Of a stretch of DNA of 64,000 bases, positions 41,078-49,131 are shown one piece after another. The stretch is taken from the NCBI GenBank assembly GCA_963718515.1, contig OY970354.1, positions 438,808 through 502,807 of the forward strand, in the 5' to 3' direction. Under the pieces are notes generated by a model, which saw nothing but the letters and a program-made list of their open reading frames with translations, searched no databases and had not been told where the DNA came from. The translations under genes and the position numbers were made by a program. Position 1 is the stretch's first letter. Every line of letters starts with the position of its first letter. The DNA is from an uncultured bacterium. Its GTDB lineage: Bacteria; Patescibacteriota; Minisyncoccia; UBA6257; 2-01-FULL-56-20.

Positions 41078-42121
41078 ATGGCACTCTTCGACAATGTTTT
41101 TAAAGACATCGGTATCGACCTCGGCACTGCAAATTCACTCATTTATTTAAAACACAAAGGCATCGTGGTGAACGAGCCGTCAGTTGCGGCGATCAACACA
41201 AAAACAAATCACGTGATCGCCGTCGGCGATGAGGCAAAAAAAATGCTTGGCCGCGTTCCGCCGCACATCAATGTGATCCGCCCGCTCGTGAACGGGGTCA
41301 TCTCCGATTTTGAGATGACGGAAGAGATGTTGCGCCATCTCTTGAGCCGCCCGCAGGCGAGCCCGATCATGTCATACCGTCGCGCCATTCTTGCTATCCC
41401 CAATAACCTTACGGAGGTTGAAAGGAAGTCCGTTGAGGATGCCGCGCTGAACGCCGGGTGCTCAAAGGTGTACCTTGTCGAATCGCCCACGGCCGCCGCA
41501 CTTGGCGCAGGATTGCCCATTATGATGCCATCGGCCAGCCTTATTATAGACATCGGTGGCGGGACCACGGACATCGCCGTCATTTCGATGGGCGGCACCG
41601 TCGTGTCGCGCACGCTCAAGGTGGCGGGGGATAAGTTTAACGAGGACATTATCCGTTTTGTGCGCGACGAATTTCATTTGGCGATAGGCGAGCCAACGGC
41701 GGAATTCGCCAAGATCGCGGTCGGTTCCGCGATCCCGCTGGATGAACGCATGGAAGTCCCCATCCGCGGCCGCGATTATTCGAGCGGCCTGCCGCGCGAG
41801 GTTGGTATGAAAAACAACCATGTCCGCGCCGCGCTTTCCAAATCACTCCGCGCCATCATCGATTCCGTTCATGAGGTGATAGAAGAAACTCCGCCCGAGC
41901 TCGCGGGCGACGTTCTCCGCCAAGGCATCGTGCTTTGCGGCGGCGGTGCGCTCCTGCGCGGGTTCGACGAATTGCTCGAAAAGGAAACCGGCGTGACGGT
42001 TACGGTGGCCGACGATCCGCTCACCTGCGTCGCGCGCGGGTTGGGGCAGATGGTGGACGACTTCGACGCCCATCGCGAGCTTCTCGATAATCCGTTGAAG
42101 CCTTTGTATATTAATTTGTAA
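41078..42121 (+). CDS. mreB: rod shape-determining protein MreB
   Basis: 347 aa with DIGIDLGTANSLIY, IIDIGGGTTDIAVIS and the actin-like ATPase fold. Confidence 0.95.
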   Translation: MALFDNVFKDIGIDLGTANSLIYLKHKGIVVNEPSVAAINTKTNHVIAVGDEAKKMLGRVPPHINVIRPLVNGVISDFEMTEEMLRHLLSRPQASPIMSYRRAILAIPNNLTEVERKSVEDAALNAGCSKVYLVESPTAAALGAGLPIMMPSASLIIDIGGGTTDIAVISMGGTVVSRTLKVAGDKFNEDIIRFVRDEFHLAIGEPTAEFAKIAVGSAIPLDERMEVPIRGRDYSSGLPREVGMKNNHVRAALSKSLRAIIDSVHEVIEETPPELAGDVLRQGIVLCGGGALLRGFDELLEKETGVTVTVADDPLTCVARGLGQMVDDFDAHRELLDNPLKPLYINL

Positions 42122-42804
42122 TGGGCCGAAGGCGCATATCCAACCCTCATTGGATCATGGGCGCGCTCATCGTGATCCTCGCCACCCTTATTTTTTTTGC
42201 TCCTTCGTATGGATGGGACATTCGGCAATTTCTTAGTCCGTCCGCTCCGCCGGCGGATACAACCACCCTCGCCGCGCAAAATGCCCTACTCAAGGCACAG
42301 ATCGCACAGTTGGAAGTGATCGCGGCGCAGGCGCCCTCATCTTCTTCGCCGGAAGGCGGTGTTGTCGCGATGGTCTATTCCCGCTACCCGATGGATTTTA
42401 AAAATGAACTCCTAGTGAACGTCGGTTCAAATGAAGGAATTGCGGTCGGCGCGGCGGCGACCTTCCAGGGAATTTTGATCGGTCAAGTCAAGTCGGTCTC
42501 TCCCGAGTCATCAGTCGTGCAGACGATCTTTGATAATGCCCTCAAGATGCCGGTGCGTATAGGCTCCGGCGGGTATGACGGGCTCTTGCGTGGCGGGTCG
42601 GAGCCGATGGTGGGATCGATCACGAGTGCCGCGCCGCTCGTGGCTGGCGACGTCGTCTACTCCGCCGCGCCGGGGCTTCCGTACGGATTGCCGATCGCGG
42701 AGGTGGCGGCGACGAGCACGTCCGCCGACAGCCTTTTTGAACAGGCATCGCTTAATTTTTCTTACGACATAAACACCATCCAGACGGTAGCCATCATTCC
42801 ATAA
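42121..42804 (+). CDS. mreC: rod shape-determining protein MreC
   Basis: 227 aa with a TM anchor, a coiled coil (LLKAQIAQLEVIAAQ) and a beta-barrel domain (GIAVGAAATFQGILIGQVKSV). Its position between mreB and mreD is conserved. Confidence 0.8.
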   Translation: MGRRRISNPHWIMGALIVILATLIFFAPSYGWDIRQFLSPSAPPADTTTLAAQNALLKAQIAQLEVIAAQAPSSSSPEGGVVAMVYSRYPMDFKNELLVNVGSNEGIAVGAAATFQGILIGQVKSVSPESSVVQTIFDNALKMPVRIGSGGYDGLLRGGSEPMVGSITSAAPLVAGDVVYSAAPGLPYGLPIAEVAATSTSADSLFEQASLNFSYDINTIQTVAIIP

Positions 42805-42805
42805 C

Positions 42806-43246
42806 ATGCGATTGCGATTTATCCTTGCGCTTCTCATCCTTCTCTTCGCGTGCGCGCTCCAATTTTGGTTCGCATCGGCGGATGTGTTTGTGAACTTCAT
42901 CCTCGCCACGCTCATCGCATTCGCATTCTTTTTTGATATTTGGGAATTGCTCGTGTTTATCCTCTTCGCGATATTTGTCATCAATTGGTCTCCAATTATA
43001 AGTCTCGATATTATCATGTTCGGCCTTATCCCGATTGCGGCACATGCGTTCCACCGGGCATTTGCGTGGACGCTATGGGCAGGGGTGCCGACGGCGGTCG
43101 TAGGAGGTTTCCTTGCGCTTTACATCACGATAGCCCCTCGCACCTTCTTTGCGAGCTGGGAATTATTCTTAATAGATCTTTTCGGCGGTCTGGTGTTCGG
43201 CACCCTCGTGTCGTTTGCATTGGAATATCTGCACCCTTCTTCCTGA
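42806..43246 (+). CDS. mreD: rod shape-determining protein MreD (putative)
   Basis: 146 aa with five hydrophobic helices. The call rests on position after mreC, and the stop overlaps the mrdA start. Confidence 0.65.
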   Translation: MRLRFILALLILLFACALQFWFASADVFVNFILATLIAFAFFFDIWELLVFILFAIFVINWSPIISLDIIMFGLIPIAAHAFHRAFAWTLWAGVPTAVVGGFLALYITIAPRTFFASWELFLIDLFGGLVFGTLVSFALEYLHPSS

Positions 43247-45150
43247 TGAAAAAAAAGACGGATATTCCCTTTGAAGATTCGCTGAACGATGACTGGAGCC
43301 ATGACCTCAATATGGTCGAGGTACCGCTCGGCACCCGGCCGTTGTGGGTGCTCGCGATCGTAATAGCCTGCGTTGGTTTCATTGTGTTGGGCCGCGTGGT
43401 CTATTTAAACTGGTCAAACGGGGCATATTACGAGGCCCGCGCGGAGGATAACGCGGCGCAATCGCAGGAAACGCCCGCGCCGCGCGGCATTATTTACGAT
43501 GCGGAAGGGGACGCGCTCGTGGAAAATAAGGCGGTATTCACCGCAGTGCTCAATGCCAATACATTTATCTCGAATTCCTCGCTTCAACAACCCACGCTCG
43601 ACGCGGCGCAAAGCATCCTCGGCCTGGCATCGTCTACCGTGTGGTCCCTGCTTGATCAAAGCGAAGCCCAGGATTTTTCCACGCCGGTCGTGCTGAGCGA
43701 TGACCTTAATGAGAACCAACTCGTCAACCTCCAGGCGCTCACCCTTCCCACCATCCGGGTCGCGAGCGACTTTGAACGATATTATCCGAATGGCCCCATA
43801 TTTTCATCGGTCGTGGGATATGTCGGTCGCGTGAGTCAAAACGATCTTGAAAATGATTCCGAATTGACCGCCGCCGACTTTGTGGGAAAGGCGGGCATCG
43901 AACAGGAATATGACAGTACCCTGCGCGGCGTACCGGGCGTGAACGTCAATTTTACGAATGCCCAGGGAGCCGTCTTGGGAGAAAAACAACAATCTTCTCC
44001 TGCGATCGGCGCGCCGCTTCACCTTACGATCGATGGCGGATTGCAGGCCGCACTGTACTCTGATATCCAGAGTGAATTAATAAAACTCAACCGACAGGTG
44101 GGCATTGGCCTCGCGATCGATCCGCAGACCGGCGCAGTGCTCGCGCTCGTGAACCTTCCCGGATTCGATAATAACGTCTTTTCAAATCCCGCGAGCAACA
44201 CCATAGAGATCGAAAATCTGCTCACATCGCCCGACAAGCCGCTCTTTAACCGGATCATTTCCGGACAGTATCAGCCGGGATCGACCATCAAACCGCTCGA
44301 CGGCGTCGCGGCGTTGAAGGAGGGCGTCATCGCGCCGGATCGCCAGTTATTTTCTCCTGGCTATCTGATGGTGCCTGATCCATATGATTCCTCCACGCCC
44401 ACTCGCTATGCGGATTGGGAACCTCATGGATATATCGATCTTGCGGATGCGATCGCGCAATCCTCCGACGTCTATTTCTATATCGTCGGCGGCGGGTCGC
44501 CGGAATATACCACCCCGCCGCTCAATAATGTGATCGATTACGGGATCACCGGCCTCGGCCCCGCCGAACTCTTCAACTGGTGGACGCAGTTCGGGTTGGG
44601 CAAGAAAACGGGAATCGATATGCCGGACGAGGCCGCCGGATTTTTACCGACACCGAGATGGTGGAGCACGGTGTCCACACGGCCATGGTCGCTTGGGGAT
44701 ACGTACAATGTTTCGATTGGGCAGGGATCGCTCGCGGTTACCCCCGTGCAGTTATTGAGCTACATCGACGCCATTGCGAACGGGGGAAAGATCTATCGTC
44801 CGTTCCTTAACGCCAGCACGACGCCATCCGTGAGCGAGGACCTGACGTCGCTTTTGCCGGAGATCCAGGAGGTACAGCAGGGGATGCTCGAAACGGTGAC
44901 CTCGCCGCAGGGCACCGCCTACACCATGCACGACCTTCCGGCGCAGGCGTGCGCCAAAACGGGAAGCGCACAGGTGGAGAATAACCAGGAGGAGAATGCG
45001 CTCTTTGTGGGATATCTGCCGTGCAATAACCCGCAGATTGCGCTCCTTATCCTTATCGAGAATTCCAAACAGGGGAGTCTCAATGCCGTTCCTATCGCAA
45101 ATAATGTCTTTGATTGGTATTATGAAAATAGGATGGTGGCTGGGCAGTGA
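43246..45150 (+). CDS. mrdA: penicillin-binding protein 2 (elongation transpeptidase)
   Basis: The start was set at ATG 43246 (MKKKTDIPFEDS...TM helix). The upstream part of ORF 42940-45150 overlaps mreD in another frame. Motifs are PGSTIKP (SxxK), SSD and KTGSAQ (KTG). Confidence 0.9.
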   Translation: MKKKTDIPFEDSLNDDWSHDLNMVEVPLGTRPLWVLAIVIACVGFIVLGRVVYLNWSNGAYYEARAEDNAAQSQETPAPRGIIYDAEGDALVENKAVFTAVLNANTFISNSSLQQPTLDAAQSILGLASSTVWSLLDQSEAQDFSTPVVLSDDLNENQLVNLQALTLPTIRVASDFERYYPNGPIFSSVVGYVGRVSQNDLENDSELTAADFVGKAGIEQEYDSTLRGVPGVNVNFTNAQGAVLGEKQQSSPAIGAPLHLTIDGGLQAALYSDIQSELIKLNRQVGIGLAIDPQTGAVLALVNLPGFDNNVFSNPASNTIEIENLLTSPDKPLFNRIISGQYQPGSTIKPLDGVAALKEGVIAPDRQLFSPGYLMVPDPYDSSTPTRYADWEPHGYIDLADAIAQSSDVYFYIVGGGSPEYTTPPLNNVIDYGITGLGPAELFNWWTQFGLGKKTGIDMPDEAAGFLPTPRWWSTVSTRPWSLGDTYNVSIGQGSLAVTPVQLLSYIDAIANGGKIYRPFLNASTTPSVSEDLTSLLPEIQEVQQGMLETVTSPQGTAYTMHDLPAQACAKTGSAQVENNQEENALFVGYLPCNNPQIALLILIENSKQGSLNAVPIANNVFDWYYENRMVAGQ

Positions 45151-45168
45151 GATTAAGAATTATTAATT

Positions 45169-46158
45169 ATGTCTGAATTACGACAGGATCTTGTTTCCGG
45201 AGATTGGGTGTTGCTTGCAACCGCACGCGCCGCGCGGCCGAAGTTTTTGGATACAAAAAGAGAGCCGCGCAAAGCCACGCCGGTGAGCGCGTGCCCGTTT
45301 GAGGATCTTGAGAAATCCGGCAATTGGCCGCCGGTTTTTAGTTATCCGAACATAAAAAAGTGGTCCATTGCCGTGATCCCGAATAAATATCCGATCATCA
45401 CTCCCGGGGCCGATTGTTCGGTGCCGTTCCGCCACGGCATCTATCACGCCCGCACTGCGGTAGGAAATCACAACCTTCTCATCACTCGCGACCATAACAA
45501 GCCGTTCATAGACCTTAGCAATACCGAGGCGGTGAAGGTCTTTGAGGTATTGCAGGCATTCCATATCATGTACGCAAAAGATAAATGCGCGGCGTACGTT
45601 TCGTCATTCTATAATTACGGCGCTGGGGCCGGCGCGTCGGTATGGCATCCGCACTATCAGATGCTCACGCTTCCCATCATCCCATCGCACGCGGCGCGGT
45701 CTTTACGCAATGCCGGTGAATATTTTAAAAAACATGGCCGGTGCGTCCGATGTGATATCCTCACCGTGGAGCGAAAGAAAAAAATAAGGATCATTGCAGA
45801 GAACAAACACGCGATCGCCATTTCGCCCTATGCCGCAAAACATCCATTCGAGATGAGCGTTCTCCCAAAGAAGCACTGGGCATCATTCCGCAAAACGCCG
45901 CCTGCCGCCGTGCGTGATATCGCCCTGCTTCTTCAGGATGTGATGCGTAAGGTAAAAAAGCGCGTGAACGACCCCGACCTGAATTTTTTCATCCACGATA
46001 CGCCGCTTGAGCACAAGAGTTACATCCATCATCATTGGCATATCCAGGTTATCCCGCGGCTGTCGTATGATGCCGGTTTCGAATTCTCCACGGGAATTGC
46101 CGTAAATATCGTCGACCCCGACAACGCCGCCATCATCTTGCGTGGCAAAAAAGTATGA
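45169..46158 (+). CDS. GalT-type HIT-superfamily nucleotidyltransferase (galactose-1-phosphate uridylyltransferase-like)
   Basis: 329 aa with LRQDLVSGDWVLLATARAARP, and the active-site HPHYQ (HxHxQ). Confidence 0.75.
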   Translation: MSELRQDLVSGDWVLLATARAARPKFLDTKREPRKATPVSACPFEDLEKSGNWPPVFSYPNIKKWSIAVIPNKYPIITPGADCSVPFRHGIYHARTAVGNHNLLITRDHNKPFIDLSNTEAVKVFEVLQAFHIMYAKDKCAAYVSSFYNYGAGAGASVWHPHYQMLTLPIIPSHAARSLRNAGEYFKKHGRCVRCDILTVERKKKIRIIAENKHAIAISPYAAKHPFEMSVLPKKHWASFRKTPPAAVRDIALLLQDVMRKVKKRVNDPDLNFFIHDTPLEHKSYIHHHWHIQVIPRLSYDAGFEFSTGIAVNIVDPDNAAIILRGKKV

Positions 46159-46499
46159 TCAAGAAGATTGCGCGGTACCGGTTGGTGAGCCTGTTCTCGC
46201 TGGCGTCGCTCGCGCTCGTAGCAGGCGGATTTTTTTGGGCATATGGCGCACTGTTGAATGTCGGTGCGGAGCCGCTTATTCTTCACTTTAATGATATGGA
46301 TGGGATCACTGCCACGGGCGGTTTTTCGAATCTGCTCTTTATGGGTATCCTTGGCGCCCTCATCGTGATCGTTAATTTCTTTATCGCCATCGAGCTCGAG
46401 GCCCGCGACCATTTTTTGGGCAAGGTCGTGGCCTCGGTGACCTTAATTCTCGCCGTCTTGCTTTTTTTGGGATTCACGGCTATACTCAATGTCAATTAA
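46155..46499 (+). CDS. small membrane protein
   Basis: 114 aa with three TM helices. Its start overlaps the preceding stop (ATGA). Confidence 0.55.
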   Translation: MIKKIARYRLVSLFSLASLALVAGGFFWAYGALLNVGAEPLILHFNDMDGITATGGFSNLLFMGILGALIVIVNFFIAIELEARDHFLGKVVASVTLILAVLLFLGFTAILNVN

Positions 46500-46525
46500 A
46501 GGTATCTAAACAGGCGAACAAAACC

Positions 46526-46840
46526 ATGGCAAACGATTTTTCAGTCATCATGACCGGCGGTAAGCAATACCGCGTCTCTGCCGGCCAAAAATTAAAAGTG
46601 GAAAAGCTGGAGGTAAAGGCGGGCGACACCGTCGTTTTTGACACCGTGCTTTTGAAGTCCGTTGGCACGACCGTGCAGGTGGGCGCTCCGTACGTGACGG
46701 GTGCAAAGACCGAGGCAAAAGTGATCGGCGACGGCCGCGGCAAGAAAGCCATCATCTTCAAATATCATTCGAAGACGCGTGCACGGAAGAAGAAGGGCCA
46801 TAGGCAGGACTACACGGAAATCGAGATCACGAAGATATAA
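46526..46840 (+). CDS. rplU: 50S ribosomal protein L21
   Basis: 104 aa with FSVIMTGGKQYRVSAGQKLKVEKL...KAIIFKYHSKTRARKKKGHRQ. Confidence 0.95.
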   Translation: MANDFSVIMTGGKQYRVSAGQKLKVEKLEVKAGDTVVFDTVLLKSVGTTVQVGAPYVTGAKTEAKVIGDGRGKKAIIFKYHSKTRARKKKGHRQDYTEIEITKI

Positions 46841-46895
46841 AAACTGCGGCACTTGCCTCCTGAAGAATGATAGTTCGGCAAGTACCGCAGTTTTT
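46840..46895 (+). terminator. long-stem rho-independent terminator
   Basis: AAAACTGCGGcACTTGCC ... GGCAAGTaCCGCAGTTTTT directly after the rplU stop. Confidence 0.75.
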
Positions 46896-46918
46896 ATACA
46901 TGTGGTAAGATAAACCAT

Positions 46919-47149
46919 ATGGATATATTAAACACTGGCGGTGCGGGGCTCGCGTGGTTCGGTCCGTGGGTGGTGCTTCTTGTAGTCTGGAGCCTTTTTT
47001 GGAAAGGCCTTGCGTTATGGCATTCGGGGAGACGGGGACAGCCATGGTGGTTCGTGATCATCCTGATCGTAAACACACTCGGTATTTTGGAGATTGTTTA
47101 TCTTTTTGCGGTGTGTAGGCTGAAGTTTTCGGAGTTGTTCACGAAATAG
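46919..47149 (+). CDS. small two-TM membrane protein (DUF5652-like)
   Basis: 76 aa with WVVLLVVWSLFWKGLALWHSGRRGQPWWFVIILIVNTLGILEIVYLF. Confidence 0.55.
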   Translation: MDILNTGGAGLAWFGPWVVLLVVWSLFWKGLALWHSGRRGQPWWFVIILIVNTLGILEIVYLFAVCRLKFSELFTK

Positions 47150-47199
47150 AGATTCCAAAAAAAGGCCGAGCATACGCATGCCGCCCTTTTTGATTTTTA

Positions 47200-48699
47200 T
47201 TAATTTATATAAAACACATCCGCGCTCGGCGTCCCCGCCGGGATGGTGCTCGTCTGATTCGGCAGTAAGTAATGGATGTTCGCCGCGGCCGCATCGGCGG
47301 TGGTGAAGGAGTGGGTGATGAACATCGTGGTCTCCGCCGGTACCGGGATACCGCGCGCAAGGACGCCGCCCGCGTTCACGACCACATACTTTGGCGTGCT
47401 CGTGGGGAGTGCATTGATTTGGTCACCGATCGTCACATAATTTGCGCTGAAAGCGCCTGGCACGTTCGGATTCTGTGCCCATACAATAAAGTAATCGTAA
47501 TAGCCGAAGACACCGACGGCGACGAGAAATATGATGGCGACGGCCTGCGCGCCGCGAGTGTTCCAATGTTTTTTAATAATACGATAGAGCCAGACGCCGC
47601 CGAGCGTGGCAAGGATCATTGCCGGAGGCAGGGCGAGGATTGAACGTAGCGCATGGGGGATGCCTTCGTCTGACGCGGCCGCGGGCAAAATGCCGAATAC
47701 GAGCCACACAAAAGTGAGCAGGACCCCGAAGAGCGGAAAAAGTTCCTGATCCTCCGCCCTGATATATTTTTTACGCCACCGGCGGATAATAAAATAGATA
47801 CCGAGCACGATGCCGAGGAGGAATAATATGCCGACCGGCCAAAAGAACTCCGGCGCGCCGCTCACGTTCTGCCGCCAGTTATAGTCGCCGTGGAAGTTGA
47901 ACATGAGCGCTTCCTTTACGATGTTCACCGCAAAGTCGTGCACGGGATTCGCCGCATTCGTGACGGATATCTGCGCTGTCCGTCCGAAGAACGATCCGGG
48001 GTTTGTGGCGAAGTACCACCCGATCGGCGCGGCGACGATGAACGTGACGAGAATAAAAAGTGCGGTGCGCTTCCAAAATCCCGGAATTTTTCTATAGAAA
48101 GGGATAAATAGCAAGAAAAGTATCGGCGTCACGCGGTGGGCAATGTAGGTGTAGAAACCGAGCCCGTACACAACGCCTGCGGCGATCGCATACCACCACG
48201 CGCGTCTGGATGAAGATAGAGTGCCGGAACTTTCTTTAAACGCCTTCATAAGTAGCCACAATGCCCACACGAGCATGAGCGGCGCTAAGATCGCGCGAAA
48301 TCCTATGCGCGAGAAGGTGACGGCCCAAAAACTTGTGGACAAGAGGAACGCGGCGAGAAGTCCGGGGCCGTTGCCGAAAAGCTCTGCGACGAGCAGATAC
48401 AATCCCCAGACGGTGAGCACGCCTGCGACCGCAGCCGGCAAACGGATGATCCAAGGCTTATACACGGGCCAGATCTTGAGGATGATGGCGATGATGTTCA
48501 CATACAGCCCTTCGCGGCCATTGTCTTCAACATAAAATACCTGGAAGTGATTTGTCTCAGCCGCCTCCACGGCGTTGTTGCCGTCCATTGCCTCATCCGG
48601 ATAAAGTCCCGGCGGCGTCGTTGTTAAATGGTAGAAGCGGAAGAAGATTGCTATAATCAAGATGCCGGATAGGAGAAGGCATCGTTGCGTTTTGGACAT
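47200..48699 (-). CDS. GT39/ArnT-family membrane glycosyltransferase
   Basis: 499 aa with more than 10 TM helices. The N-terminal loop LYPDEAMDGNNA contains the DE motif typical of GT-C (PMT/ArnT) enzymes. Confidence 0.8.
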   Translation of the reverse strand: MSKTQRCLLLSGILIIAIFFRFYHLTTTPPGLYPDEAMDGNNAVEAAETNHFQVFYVEDNGREGLYVNIIAIILKIWPVYKPWIIRLPAAVAGVLTVWGLYLLVAELFGNGPGLLAAFLLSTSFWAVTFSRIGFRAILAPLMLVWALWLLMKAFKESSGTLSSSRRAWWYAIAAGVVYGLGFYTYIAHRVTPILFLLFIPFYRKIPGFWKRTALFILVTFIVAAPIGWYFATNPGSFFGRTAQISVTNAANPVHDFAVNIVKEALMFNFHGDYNWRQNVSGAPEFFWPVGILFLLGIVLGIYFIIRRWRKKYIRAEDQELFPLFGVLLTFVWLVFGILPAAASDEGIPHALRSILALPPAMILATLGGVWLYRIIKKHWNTRGAQAVAIIFLVAVGVFGYYDYFIVWAQNPNVPGAFSANYVTIGDQINALPTSTPKYVVVNAGGVLARGIPVPAETTMFITHSFTTADAAAANIHYLLPNQTSTIPAGTPSADVFYIN

Positions 48700-48716
48700 T
48701 CTATTATTATATCAAA
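48700..48716. promoter_or_regulatory. 17 bp divergent spacer holding two overlapping -10 boxes, each 6 nt from its ATG
   Basis: On the plus strand TATTAT (48705-48710) is followed by ATCAAA and ATG 48717. On the minus strand TATAAT (48711-48706) is followed by AATAGA and ATG 48699-48697. Confidence 0.55.
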
Positions 48717-49130
48717 ATGGACTCACCCTCATTTGAACATCAAGTACTCGAAGCAGACATAAAAACGCTCGCGGCGGAGATCCATCGCACAAAGGAATTG
48801 AAGGATGTGAAGAATGCGGAAGGGATGGATGTGGTAAAAGAAGCGATCCGGGCGTTTCCCCAGTTGAATCATCAGGCAGGAAACAATGGTGTGCCGGTCG
48901 TGCCCGCGACGCAGGGGCAGGCGAATAGCCCCCTGCCCGCCTACGCGCAGGACGCACCCGCCGAAGTGAAGCTCGAGATAGAATATTTATTGGATCTCGC
49001 ACTGCATAAGGGCATCGGCCCCGCGCTCGCGGAATCCGAGAAGTCACCGTATTTTGTGCAGGACGCATTCCACGACGCGCTCGCGGGAAGGCTCTATCCG
49101 GAATTGCAGAAGCGGGGCTTGATAAAGTAA
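48717..49130 (+). CDS. hypothetical protein upstream of the coupling ATPase
   Basis: 137 aa ending 1 nt before the next ATG. No family was recognised. Confidence 0.55.
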   Translation: MDSPSFEHQVLEADIKTLAAEIHRTKELKDVKNAEGMDVVKEAIRAFPQLNHQAGNNGVPVVPATQGQANSPLPAYAQDAPAEVKLEIEYLLDLALHKGIGPALAESEKSPYFVQDAFHDALAGRLYPELQKRGLIK

Positions 49131-49131
49131 C

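Noticed and set aside
42940-43245. N-terminal 102 codons of ORF 42940-45150, which would make a 736 aa PBP2.
   Set aside because: This part overlaps mreD in another frame. The natural start MKKKTDIPF plus the TM anchor begins at 43246 and overlaps the mreD stop.
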